In this document: one piece after another, positions 42,212-51,031 of the stretch
Numbering within the stretch: position 1 is the stretch's first letter
Layout of the letters: each line of letters opens with the position of its first letter
Assembly (NCBI GenBank): GCA_964291315.2
Contig: OZ219753.1
Span: 1,632,001 to 1,696,000, forward strand
Source of the DNA: Candidatus Poribacteria bacterium
GTDB taxonomy: Bacteria; Poribacteria; WGA-4E; WGA-3G
Direction: 5' to 3'
Length of the DNA: 64,000 nt
Position numbers and translations under genes: made by a program
Notes under the pieces: generated by a model
What the model saw: the letters and a program-made list of their open reading frames with translations, nothing else
Told to the model about the DNA's origin: nothing
Databases searched by the model: none

Positions 42212-43049
42212 ATTGCGTTTCTTGAAATAAAAGACCTTGTGCCGAGTTGATATTCTCTTTTGCTAACTGGTAATATTGAGGTAGAATCTCGATGCCGACG
42301 GAGCTTCTTAACAACCTCTGCGCAACCTGACAGGTTGTTCCGGCACCTGCAAATGGATCAAGCACCCAATCATTTTCCTTGGTAAATAGCCTGATAAACC
42401 ATTCGGGCAACGTCTTGGGGAAAACGGCACTGTGTTTTCGATTTCCGGTCTCTGTTGCTAAGTGCAAGACGTTAGTTGGATACGCCATTTTTCGATCCAC
42501 CCAATTTGAAACTTTTTTACCAAATCCACTTCCCACTTTTGATGTATCGCGGCTCTGATCTGTTTCGCTGAGATTTTTTAATCTTTTGTCGCTCCAATCT
42601 CCCATCGGTACCATAACCGCCTCTTGATACATATTGAATTTTCTAGTTTTATTGAACTGCAAACATCTTTCCCAGGCATCTCTAAACCTGTTCGGCCATT
42701 TACCCGGATAGCAGTTTTTCTTATGCCAGACAAATTCCTCTGTCCACAGCCACCCCTGCTTTTTCATCTCAAGGATCAAGTCTATCACATAGGTGTGTCG
42801 TTCTCCATTAACCGCCTGCTCTTTGATATTTAGAATAAAGGTACCAGGCGGCTTGAGGACCCTTAAAAGTTGTCCAGCACGAGGCATAAACCAATCAACA
42901 TATTCATCGGGACTGATCCCACCGTATGTTTTAGATCTGCGGTCAGCATACGGCGGCGAGGTCATAATTAGGTCAAACGAATCGGGCTCAAAATCGGCGA
43001 GTACCTCTAAACAGTCCCCAAGGTAAAGATCTGTCTCTATTTTTTTCAT
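42180..43049 (-). CDS. beta-class DNA methyltransferase (SPPY, likely N4C)
   Basis: TSPPY, HSAVFP, LDPFAGAGTT; overlaps the REase start. Confidence 0.92.
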   Translation of the reverse strand: MKKIETDLYLGDCLEVLADFEPDSFDLIMTSPPYADRRSKTYGGISPDEYVDWFMPRAGQLLRVLKPPGTFILNIKEQAVNGERHTYVIDLILEMKKQGWLWTEEFVWHKKNCYPGKWPNRFRDAWERCLQFNKTRKFNMYQEAVMVPMGDWSDKRLKNLSETDQSRDTSKVGSGFGKKVSNWVDRKMAYPTNVLHLATETGNRKHSAVFPKTLPEWFIRLFTKENDWVLDPFAGAGTTCQVAQRLLRSSVGIEILPQYYQLAKENINSAQGLLFQETQYETYHPKRDH

Positions 43050-43162
43050 TGATGGAAAACCTTTCAACTGCCTACTATTGGAGATTTACAGATGGATTGT
43101 GTCAATCCTAGCTGATAGGATACTGTATTGGATTAAAAAAGTCAAGTTAGACCTGATTTCAG

Positions 43163-43921
43163 TTATGGCAATTCCTTAGATGTTAAGAAAGCATAGGGAT
43201 CAATACCTTGGCCTTCAGGTGAGTTGATATCGATTAAATCTATAGACGGTGGTGGAAGGTCGAAAATGCCTCTTTTTATCCAAACCCCGGCAGGACCAAA
43301 GAAATGAGAAATATACATCTGTTTCGTTCCATCAGATGCGATCTCTTCATCCCACTCAACGTAGAGTGTATTTGTATAGTGCGGGCGAACTCTACCCGTA
43401 TCATCGATAGAACCTCCCTCAAAATTTTGCACACCTTGCCGCCAGAGTTTGACGAGAACATGATCGATTAACTTATGCTCGAGAGACCAGTTAACTTGAC
43501 GCTCTGCCGGTTGATCCCAATACGGCATGAGTGGATACCCTTCAGGAGTTGTTTTGAAGTCCGCCGTCTCAGGTATATCCGCTTCTAAGGGAATATCCGG
43601 CATTTCTGTAGACACCATAAAGTGCGCGTCGTCTACAGGCATCACGTTCGCCTCCGCTGCCACAGTTTCAGGTGATTTGAGATCTTCGATTGTCGGTACA
43701 TCCGCCTGTGTTACGGTGTTAAGCTCTGGTTGCTCCACTTTCCGTCCACTTTGAACCGGAAATGTGGGTTTTATTTTTCGCAGAGTCTCCATTGTCTGCT
43801 CGACCTCTCTTTCAGTCGCGCGTTTGACGTGCGTCAGATAGAGAGAACCTCCTAGAACAACCATCAAAAAGAAAGCGGTGCCTGCAAGAATTGCTCGGTT
43901 TGTGAGAAGATCACGAAGCAT
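43163..43921 (-). CDS. array paralog D: TM anchor + acidic linker + conserved C-domain
   Basis: MLRDLLTNRAILAG..., VLVKLWRQG...P.Y..TLYVEWD...GIDPYAFL. Confidence 0.8.
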   Translation of the reverse strand: MLRDLLTNRAILAGTAFFLMVVLGGSLYLTHVKRATEREVEQTMETLRKIKPTFPVQSGRKVEQPELNTVTQADVPTIEDLKSPETVAAEANVMPVDDAHFMVSTEMPDIPLEADIPETADFKTTPEGYPLMPYWDQPAERQVNWSLEHKLIDHVLVKLWRQGVQNFEGGSIDDTGRVRPHYTNTLYVEWDEEIASDGTKQMYISHFFGPAGVWIKRGIFDLPPPSIDLIDINSPEGQGIDPYAFLTSKELP

Positions 43922-43960
43922 ACTCTACCTCCTAGTTTGTCTTGACTATAAATCATATAT

Positions 43961-43976
43961 AGCAAGTTTCGTGCCA
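43961..43976 (-). promoter_or_regulatory. sigma54 -24/-12 promoter
   Basis: TGGCACGAAACTTGCT on the minus strand, perfect TGGCAC-N5-TTGC, ~40 bp before ATG. Confidence 0.9.
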
Positions 43977-44166
43977 ATGCCCTGAGGAATAGTATATTCT
44001 GAAGGGAAATCCCGGATGTCCGTAGGGATGCCTTCACCAACAGAGCCGCTCAAACATACACTCCTATAAGGTCTACTCATATGATCAGAAGTGTTCACTG
44101 TTTTCGAAAAAATTGCTACAGTGGAGAGAATCACAGGTGGGTTCGAGTGCTACCCTCTTGGTTATC

Positions 44167-44200
44167 TGCAAAAATTGTAGTTTGACACGCAAAAATTGCG
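44167..44200. promoter_or_regulatory. 2 palindromic boxes (putative bEBP UAS), 21-bp period
   Basis: TGCAAAAATTGTA at 44167, CGCAAAAATTGCG at 44188. Confidence 0.7.
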
Positions 44201-44268
44201 TTACGGGGTATCTGTGCGGCTTAGTCTCATTTTTTCCGCGGAAAAAGAGCCTCTGAAATTTCATGGTG

Positions 44269-45036
44269 TTACTCTCCTTTTCTCGGCAAGTCGAGAAAAG
44301 CGTACGGGTCGATGCCCCCATCCGGAAATTCATAAACCGTTAGATGTGGCGGGAATATACCTTTGTGAAGATCATAACTATCATCTGTGGTCGGAGACGT
44401 TAGCACACGTTGAACGTACGGCTTACCGTCTGCTCCGAGATTATCCGCCCATTTAATATAAACCACGTCATCTATGATGGGGTAAATGAGGTTATACGTG
44501 TTATTACGGACAGCACCGACAGTGCGAATTCCCTGATTCCATAACGCAATCCGGGTCCTGATCACCAACTCACTATACAGTTCCATTCCGTGAACATTAT
44601 CCCAAATATCTTGATCAGGATAATCTGGTGGTATTTCGGGATATGGTCCGAAGCCGAAGGGCGAGACTCCGTAAGGTGCAGCCTCATTTTCTGTTTCACT
44701 TGCCTCCGCAAAAAACGTTTCCAATACATCCTCTGTAGCACTGATCTCAGCCTCATCTATGAACGCTGCTGTCCGATCGGTTATCGCTTTCATGTTATCG
44801 GTTTCCATGAACGTTTCTTCTTCACCAAGGATCTCCATTTGTGTAGAGGCATCAGCATTCTGTGCGATGTCTGTCTTTTTACTCTTTTCGAAGTAACGGA
44901 GCATTTGCTTGGTTTGTGCGAGTTCGGCTTCACCGGTGCGCCTGACCTGCCAAGTGTAGAGCTGCACACCCGCAAAAACAAGAATAAAGAGAACAACACC
45001 CGCAAGCAGCACGCGGATTGGATTGAAGCGTTGCAT
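44269..45036 (-). CDS. array paralog B4 (B-type N-terminus, A-like C-domain)
   Basis: Start MQRFNPIR after AAGGAGG; VSPFGFGPYPEIPPDYP...IALWNQG...GGIDPYAFL. Confidence 0.82.
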   Translation of the reverse strand: MQRFNPIRVLLAGVVLFILVFAGVQLYTWQVRRTGEAELAQTKQMLRYFEKSKKTDIAQNADASTQMEILGEEETFMETDNMKAITDRTAAFIDEAEISATEDVLETFFAEASETENEAAPYGVSPFGFGPYPEIPPDYPDQDIWDNVHGMELYSELVIRTRIALWNQGIRTVGAVRNNTYNLIYPIIDDVVYIKWADNLGADGKPYVQRVLTSPTTDDSYDLHKGIFPPHLTVYEFPDGGIDPYAFLDLPRKGE

Positions 45037-45049
45037 GTGTGTGCCTCCT

Positions 45050-45814
45050 TTACTTGAGATTAAGAAACGTGTAGGGTTCAATCCCGCCCTCCGCATAAGG
45101 GATGACCGTGATGCCCGGCGGAATGATGCCGTTATCAAAATCATCCTCATAGCGCGCCATACTTCCTGAACTGAGAAGTTCTGTGATATATGGCACAGGC
45201 GTGCCATCTTCATCAATATAGTGATCCCACCTGACATAAACTGTGTTTGGATAGAGCGGGTAAACAAGCCCGTCTTCCATCGCCGCTCCCTCGGTTTGCT
45301 TGCCTTGTTTCCATAACTTGATACAGACTCTTTCCATTAATTCCCACCTTCGTGCGCGTTCGGAACTGAATTCGTAGAGGTTCTCTGCGTGATCCCAGAG
45401 GTTCGAATTTGGATACCCGGGTGGTATCTCGGGATATGGCCCGAATCCGAAGGGCGAGACGCGCGGCTTTTCCGGGGTCTCTTCCACTGTGTCGTCGGGT
45501 AAGAGTCCTGCTCCCACATCAAGAGCGTAGGAAGTTTCCCTCTGTAGCAACGACACTGCTGTTTCAGGCACTATTTGCGGGTTATCCGCATCCAAGGCTA
45601 GGGGTGCGGCGCTATCGGTATCTGTGGGAGACTGGGCATCTTGTGAGGTGTGTGCTTCTCCCCTTTCAAGCTGCTGTATTATCTGCTCTGAGCGTGCCAG
45701 TTCCGCTGCGGTTTGGCTGCGGACATGCCAACTATACAGCAGGCTGCTAACAACCAGCACGAAAAAGAGACCTCCGGCAAGCACCGCGCGGGTTGTAAAA
45801 AGGTCACGGAACAT
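45050..45814 (-). CDS. array paralog A4
   Basis: MFRDLFTT...VSPFGFGPYPEIPPGYP...VCIKLWKQG...GGIEPYTFLNLK. Confidence 0.85.
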   Translation of the reverse strand: MFRDLFTTRAVLAGGLFFVLVVSSLLYSWHVRSQTAAELARSEQIIQQLERGEAHTSQDAQSPTDTDSAAPLALDADNPQIVPETAVSLLQRETSYALDVGAGLLPDDTVEETPEKPRVSPFGFGPYPEIPPGYPNSNLWDHAENLYEFSSERARRWELMERVCIKLWKQGKQTEGAAMEDGLVYPLYPNTVYVRWDHYIDEDGTPVPYITELLSSGSMARYEDDFDNGIIPPGITVIPYAEGGIEPYTFLNLK

Positions 45815-45876
45815 ATTTTACCTCCACCTTCGTCTCACTAGACTCTTAATCAGCAGCGTTTATTGGACGAACGTTC

Positions 45877-46956
45877 CTATTCATCCATGCTAATATTAAA
45901 TTCGAAATGTCCCTTTTGGTAGCGGCCTGTGTCAGCATCACAGAGGTGCAGCGTGGCAAAGCGACTCGCAACGAGGAGATGTTTCTCGTCTTGAGAGAAC
46001 TGCGCGGCAGCAACATCATCTGTTTTCTTTCCTGTCGTATATTTTTCACGTTCGTCGACAGGTGTGTAGAAGTGCTTCAGTTTTTCGCCGGTCTCGACAT
46101 CCCAGAGCAGTATTGTCTTATCTTGGCTAGCAGTGATAAGTGTGTGTCCTTCTGACGAAAATGCGATGTCCCGGATTTCACCAATATGCCCTTCAAGGCT
46201 CTGCTTGAGCATACCGGTCTTGACATCCCACAGACGGACGGTGTGCTCCCATTCACCTCCGCTGGCAAGGGTGTTTCCATCGGGTGAAAAGATAAGATGA
46301 TTAACAGAACCTAAGTCTCTGCTATCCGCATGTAACTCTTCCCCGGTGTTCGTGTCCCACAGCCGGAGGTTCCCGCCCGCACTTGCAAGGATGCTACCGT
46401 CGGGTGAGAATGCAACTGCGTTTACCGCGCTCGAATGTTTAAAGCTTCTGATATAGCTACCGCTACTCAACTCCCACAAATGCACGCTCCAACCTTTGCC
46501 TGTGATAGCAAGTTTTGTGTTGTGCGGTGAAAAAGCAATGGCTTTAATTGTGTGTGAGTGTTTAGTGGGCGTGCCGATCGAGGTGCCTGTTGCGGTTTCC
46601 CAGATATAAACGCTGTTTCCATGGGCACTAGCGATGAGCCGCGAATCCATTGAGAATGTCAATGCACTTTGTGGTATTATCGGCAGCCCTTCACTCTTCT
46701 CGCGTGTGCGCGTTTTTATGAACTGTGAGACGGCTTCGCCCGTCTGTGTATCGTAGATGTAGATGCCCGTGTACATTCGCACGGCGATATGTTTGCCGTT
46801 TGGTGAAATTTTGATGTTTAAGGGGCGTGCCGCTGCCCCAGTTGATAACAGCAAGAGACTCGGAATGAAGACGATTGGCAGGTAGAGAAGCCGCGTGCTT
46901 TTCTTCCTTTTCTTCAAAAAGATTACACTTAGCAAAGCAGTCAATGTAGTTTTCAT
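45877..46956 (-). CDS. secreted WD40 repeat protein occupying the cargo slot
   Basis: AVAFSPDG..LASAG..LRLWD repeats, GH...IRDIAFS; signal-like LLLLSTGAAA. Confidence 0.9.
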   Translation of the reverse strand: MKTTLTALLSVIFLKKRKKSTRLLYLPIVFIPSLLLLSTGAAARPLNIKISPNGKHIAVRMYTGIYIYDTQTGEAVSQFIKTRTREKSEGLPIIPQSALTFSMDSRLIASAHGNSVYIWETATGTSIGTPTKHSHTIKAIAFSPHNTKLAITGKGWSVHLWELSSGSYIRSFKHSSAVNAVAFSPDGSILASAGGNLRLWDTNTGEELHADSRDLGSVNHLIFSPDGNTLASGGEWEHTVRLWDVKTGMLKQSLEGHIGEIRDIAFSSEGHTLITASQDKTILLWDVETGEKLKHFYTPVDEREKYTTGKKTDDVAAAQFSQDEKHLLVASRFATLHLCDADTGRYQKGHFEFNISMDE

Positions 46957-46965
46957 GAAAAACTC

Positions 46966-47751
46966 CTATTTTTCGGTATTTGTAAGAAAAGTTTCGGGAT
47001 CATACCCCGCTGTTTCTATATCAACAAATCTTATGTCTGGATACAATTCTGGCAGTCGACCGGATAACATTTCCTCCGGCGTAAAAGCAGGGGATTGTGC
47101 TCCAAGCATTGACTTTGGAACCGGAACCATCCGGGGATTCTCATCGGAACCAACATTCTCTTCATCCCACCGAACGTAAATGACATCCATATAGAGCGGA
47201 TAGACCCTCTCGTTATTATCTCTAAAGATACCGTTTACGAAGCCACGGTCTCCTTGGTTCCACAGCTTGATTAGAACCCGATAGATCATCTCGTGATCAC
47301 GCATGTCGCCCTTCTGATAATTCGGAAATTCTATCCATACAGGCGTAAGATTCTCTGGAAAGTCCGCAGGGACCTCTGGAAAATCAGCCGCTACAATGCC
47401 CTCAATCTCGGTCTGAAGCGCAGACGATTCTTCAGAAACCGCGGTCTCGGGACCTTTAGCAGCATTATCCTGAGGTAACGCAGTCCTTTCTGTTGACATC
47501 GTTTCGGTGCTGTTGCCTAAGAGCGCCTCCTCTGTTTTTCCAGAGCTCCCCATTTGTGTAGTTATGTCAGCCCCTTGTGCGGTGTGTGTCTCTTTTTTCT
47601 TCTCGAAGTGGTGTAGCACTCGCTTGGTTTGTGTGAGTTCGGCTTCACCGGTGTGCCTGACCTGCCAAGTGTAGAGCTGCACACCCGCAAAAACAAGAAT
47701 AAAGAGAACAAAACTCGCAAGCAGCACGCGGTTTAGATTGAAGCGTTGCAT
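46966..47751 (-). CDS. array paralog B3
   Basis: Start MQRFNLNR after AAGGAGG; FPEVPADFP...VLIKLWNQG...VYPLY..VIYVRWD. Confidence 0.85.
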   Translation of the reverse strand: MQRFNLNRVLLASFVLFILVFAGVQLYTWQVRHTGEAELTQTKRVLHHFEKKKETHTAQGADITTQMGSSGKTEEALLGNSTETMSTERTALPQDNAAKGPETAVSEESSALQTEIEGIVAADFPEVPADFPENLTPVWIEFPNYQKGDMRDHEMIYRVLIKLWNQGDRGFVNGIFRDNNERVYPLYMDVIYVRWDEENVGSDENPRMVPVPKSMLGAQSPAFTPEEMLSGRLPELYPDIRFVDIETAGYDPETFLTNTEK

Positions 47752-47764
47752 GTGTGTGCCTCCT

Positions 47765-48538
47765 TTACTTGAGATTAAGAAACGTGTAGGGTTCAATCCC
47801 GCCCTCCGCATAAGGGATGACCGTGATGCCCGGTGGAATGATGCTATTATCAAAATCATCATCATAGCGCGCCATATCTCCTGAACCCAGAGTCTCTGCA
47901 ATATATCTCACAGGCGTGCCCTCTTCATCAATGTATTGGTCCCATCTGACATAAACTGTGTTTGGATAGAGCGGGTAAACGAGCCCGTTTTCCATCGCTA
48001 CACTCTCGGCTTGCTTGCCTTGTTTCCATAACTTGATACAAACTCTTTCCCTTAATTCCCAATTTCGTGCGCGTTCGGGACTGAATTCATAGAGGCTCTC
48101 TGCAAGATCCCAGAGGTCCGGATCCGGATACCCGGGTGGTATCTCGGGATATGGCCCGAAGCCGAAGGGCGAGACGCGCGTCTCTTCCGGGGTCTCTTGC
48201 ACTGTGTCGTCGGGTAAGGGTCCCGCTCCCACATCAAGCGGGTCGGGCGTTTCAGCCTGTAGCAACGGCATTTCTGTTTCAGGCACTGTTTGCAGGGTAT
48301 CCGTATCCAAGGCTACGGGTACGCCGCCGGCGCTATCGGTATCTGTGGAAGGCTCTGCATCGTGTGAGGTGTGTGCTTCTCCCCTTTCAAGCTGCTGTAT
48401 CACCTGCACTGAGCGTGCCAGTTCCGCTGCGGTCTGGCTGCGGATGTGCCAACTATACAGCAGGCTGCTGGCAACAACCAGCACAAAGAAGAGACCGCCG
48501 GCGAGGATCGCGCGGGTTGTGAAGAGGTCACGGAACAT
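47765..48538 (-). CDS. array paralog A3
   Basis: Near-identical to A1/A2/A4. Confidence 0.85.
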   Translation of the reverse strand: MFRDLFTTRAILAGGLFFVLVVASSLLYSWHIRSQTAAELARSVQVIQQLERGEAHTSHDAEPSTDTDSAGGVPVALDTDTLQTVPETEMPLLQAETPDPLDVGAGPLPDDTVQETPEETRVSPFGFGPYPEIPPGYPDPDLWDLAESLYEFSPERARNWELRERVCIKLWKQGKQAESVAMENGLVYPLYPNTVYVRWDQYIDEEGTPVRYIAETLGSGDMARYDDDFDNSIIPPGITVIPYAEGGIEPYTFLNLK

Positions 48539-48596
48539 ATTTTACCTCCACCTTCGTCTCACTAGACTCTTAATCAGCAGCGTTTATTTGTGTGTT

Positions 48597-48643
48597 AAAG
48601 AACACTTTTGATACCGTCTATTTTGGTACCAAAAGTGTTCTTT
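48597..48643. terminator. long inverted repeat after small secreted gene
   Basis: AAAGAACACTTTTG-ATACC...GGTAC-CAAAAGTGTTCTTT; identical copy at 54266-54312. Confidence 0.6.
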
Positions 48644-48872
48644 GCAAGTTCTTCTTAATACCGCCTTGCCAAGACATGGTAAACTCGAAGACCATCGTCT
48701 CGTAAAGATGACATGCGGCATGCCCTTCAGTTTGAGTCGTAATCATGGTCCTGTTGGAACTTGTCATCTCCATCATAACCATTCACGTAAGCATATGCGG
48801 TTCCTGAATTATGGTATGGACCGGCATCATACGATTCGGATAAACGACGAATTGTGTTGCTTTTTTCGCGAA

Positions 48873-48903
48873 AGGGGTACAGACGCAGGTCCGTACCCCT
48901 ACA
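48873..48903 (-). repeat. GTAG-type REP-like palindrome
   Basis: Minus strand GTAG-GGGTAC-GGAC-CTGC-GTCT-GTACCC-CT. Confidence 0.55.
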
Positions 48904-48931
48904 ATTTCAGCGTCTATAAATTGTTCCTTTT

Positions 48932-49462
48932 TTATTGGTACAAATATGAAGGATCATCTGTCAACATAGCGTCTGCCATTTTATTCGCGCGCTTGGGTGT
49001 ATCTTCCCTCGCCCATTTAGACTTGAGCATCTCGTCGTGTGCTTCTTGCCAAGCGCCGGCTAAAATATGCGCACGCGTTTTAGTAAAACCACAGAGTTTC
49101 GTCCGACCGAGCTGGAACGCCATATTGATGAGCACTTCTTGCCGAACGTGTGAAATTGAATGCCATCGTGAGGGACTTCCCCCTTGACAGATATAGAACA
49201 TGGCATCGAGTTTTGCCGTATCTAAATCATCATAAAAAATCGCATCAATTGCAGCCCCTGAGAGAGGACCAACATCTGAGGGTAAAGCTGTTGGAACTTC
49301 AACCCTTTCCCCAGTCGCTAATTCATAGGCATTAGGTTTTACCACGTTTGAAAAGAGGTGTCCAATACCGATGGTCCAGTTACCCAGATGATCTCGGTAT
49401 TTGCTATATCTGAGACCTTCCCATTGCTCAAGGCATCTCCTGAGTCGTCTGTCGTCAGCTAT
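48932..49462 (-). CDS. T4-type (GH24) lysozyme, apparent ATA start
   Basis: Frame upstream of GTG 49345 reads LEQWEGLRYSKYRDHLGNWTIGIGHL (E/D/T triad); C-terminal LINMAFQLG...ML.SKWA..TPKRA; AAAGGA ~8 nt before ATA 49462. Confidence 0.85.
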   Translation of the reverse strand: MADDRRLRRCLEQWEGLRYSKYRDHLGNWTIGIGHLFSNVVKPNAYELATGERVEVPTALPSDVGPLSGAAIDAIFYDDLDTAKLDAMFYICQGGSPSRWHSISHVRQEVLINMAFQLGRTKLCGFTKTRAHILAGAWQEAHDEMLKSKWAREDTPKRANKMADAMLTDDPSYLYQ

Positions 49463-49474
49463 TGTATTTATCCT

Positions 49475-49957
49475 TTATAGATGTGAGTGAGTTATGAATA
49501 GTTGTGTACGGAGTTGAGGAATACTGTCATAGAAATGATCGTGAACCCAGTCTCCGTTAGAACTTCGCCAGTATCGAGATGTCGAAAGTGTATTTAGCGT
49601 AGAATGGGTGTGATCTAAACCAATCACAGTGCCGAAGGTTTCCGGCTCCGTATCAGGTTTATCGAGTCGCCAGTGTCCATGTGTGAGCGTTATACTACTC
49701 TCACTATGTTTATGTGTGTGCGTCCCTTGTCTATCATATTGAAAGTCATAATCTGCTTCCCAAACAGGTGTGTAGGTGCGTTTCCCTCGATGCACCCCGC
49801 CTTCATGTGTGTGTTTGTGAAGCTCACGGTATTCAAATTCAAGGTATTTAACTTCAGGTTCAGGTTCAAGTTTCGGCTTACCAAACCACCAACCCAAGGA
49901 AAAACTACAAGCGAGTCCCAGGACAAAGCACGGGATAATCATTTTTTTACCAAACAT
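49475..49957 (-). CDS. membrane-anchored His-x-His-rich hypothetical protein
   Basis: N-terminal hydrophobic helix; HKHTH, HTHKH, HGH, HTH, HDH and HSH motifs; start uncertain. Confidence 0.65.
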   Translation of the reverse strand: MFGKKMIIPCFVLGLACSFSLGWWFGKPKLEPEPEVKYLEFEYRELHKHTHEGGVHRGKRTYTPVWEADYDFQYDRQGTHTHKHSESSITLTHGHWRLDKPDTEPETFGTVIGLDHTHSTLNTLSTSRYWRSSNGDWVHDHFYDSIPQLRTQLFITHSHL

Positions 49958-50232
49958 GTTCGGCACCCCTTCACTACGAATAGTTCGGAAAACACAATCT
50001 CATTGCCGAAAGACCCGGATTCGTTATCAGCATTATCAACCTCAGCCCAAGTTGAGAAAGTGCCATTTTTAAGTCCAAAGTTACCTAGGACAGCCAAAGC
50101 TGTATTCTTCTTGATAAAGGGCAATCTGATCCGAAGCGTCGATGTCGTTGCCCCATAAGAATATACCATAGTAGCAATAGCCAAAGAGAGCGCAATTAGC
50201 AAAGCAGGCAATGTAGTTTTCATGAGAAACTC

Positions 50233-51018
50233 CTATTTTTCGGCATTTGTAAGAAAGGTTTCGGGATCATACCCCGCTGTCTCTATATCAACAAATCTTA
50301 TATCTGGATACAATTCTGGCAGTCGACCGGACAATCTTTCCTCCATCGTAAAACCAGGAGATTGTGCTCCAAGCATTGACTTTGGAACCGGAACCATCCG
50401 GGGATTCTCATCGGAACCAACATTCTCTTCATCCCATCGAACATAAATGACATCCATATAGAGTGGATAGACCCGCTCGTTATTATCTCTAAAGATACCG
50501 TTTACGAAGCCACGGTCTCCTTGGTTCCACAGCTTGATTAGAACCCGATAGATCATCTCGTGATCACGCATGTCGCCCTTCCGATAATTCGGAAATTCTA
50601 TCCATACAGGCGTAAGATTCTCTGGAAAGTCCGCGGGGACCTCTGGAAAATCAGCCGCTACAACGCCCTCAGTCTCGGTCTGAAACGCAGACGATTCTTC
50701 AGAAACCGCGGTCTCGGGACCTTTAGCAGCATTATCCTGAGGTAACGCAGTCCTTTCTGTTGACATCGTTTCGGTGCTGTTGCCTAAGAGCGCCTCCTCT
50801 GTTTTTCCAGAGGGCCCCAGTTGTGTTGTTATGTCGGCACCTTGTGCGGTGTGTGTCTCTTTTTTCTTCTCGAAGTGGCTTAGCAATTGCTTGGTTTGTG
50901 CGAGTTCGGCTTCACCGGTGCGCCTGACCTGCCAAGTGTAGAGCTGCACACCCGCAAAAACAAGAATAAAGAGAACAACACTCGCAAGCAGCACGCGGGT
51001 TGGATTGAAGCGTCGCAT
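50233..51018 (-). CDS. array paralog B2
   Basis: Start MRRFNPTR after AAGGAGG; near-identical to B1/B3. Confidence 0.85.
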   Translation of the reverse strand: MRRFNPTRVLLASVVLFILVFAGVQLYTWQVRRTGEAELAQTKQLLSHFEKKKETHTAQGADITTQLGPSGKTEEALLGNSTETMSTERTALPQDNAAKGPETAVSEESSAFQTETEGVVAADFPEVPADFPENLTPVWIEFPNYRKGDMRDHEMIYRVLIKLWNQGDRGFVNGIFRDNNERVYPLYMDVIYVRWDEENVGSDENPRMVPVPKSMLGAQSPGFTMEERLSGRLPELYPDIRFVDIETAGYDPETFLTNAEK

Positions 51019-51031
51019 GTGTGTGCCTCCT

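Larger units (their letters stand above)
48841..49989 (-). mobile_element. non-autonomous insertion flanked by TTCGGA direct repeats
   Basis: TTCGGA at 48835-48840 and 49984-49989; two cargo ORFs, no transposase or integrase. Confidence 0.8.
48727..50223 (-). pseudogene. small secreted protein S2 interrupted by a 1,149-bp insertion
   Basis: 49984-50223 and 48727-48840 align end to end with intact gene 54399-54746; removing the insert restores a 115-aa ORF. Confidence 0.92.

Noticed and set aside
43946-44134. Short repeated ORFs in the promoter blocks (also 51839-52120 and 55577-55837)
   Set aside because: Frames and lengths differ between copies; similarity is explained by duplicated regulatory DNA
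45037-45267. N-terminal extensions of B ORFs (also 47752-47901 and 51019-51168) overlapping A genes
   Set aside because: These are alternate-frame shadows of conserved A 3' ends; a strong AAGGAGG precedes the internal ATG
48841-49989. Prophage
   Set aside because: Only a lysozyme and one unknown gene; no structural, replication or integrase genes
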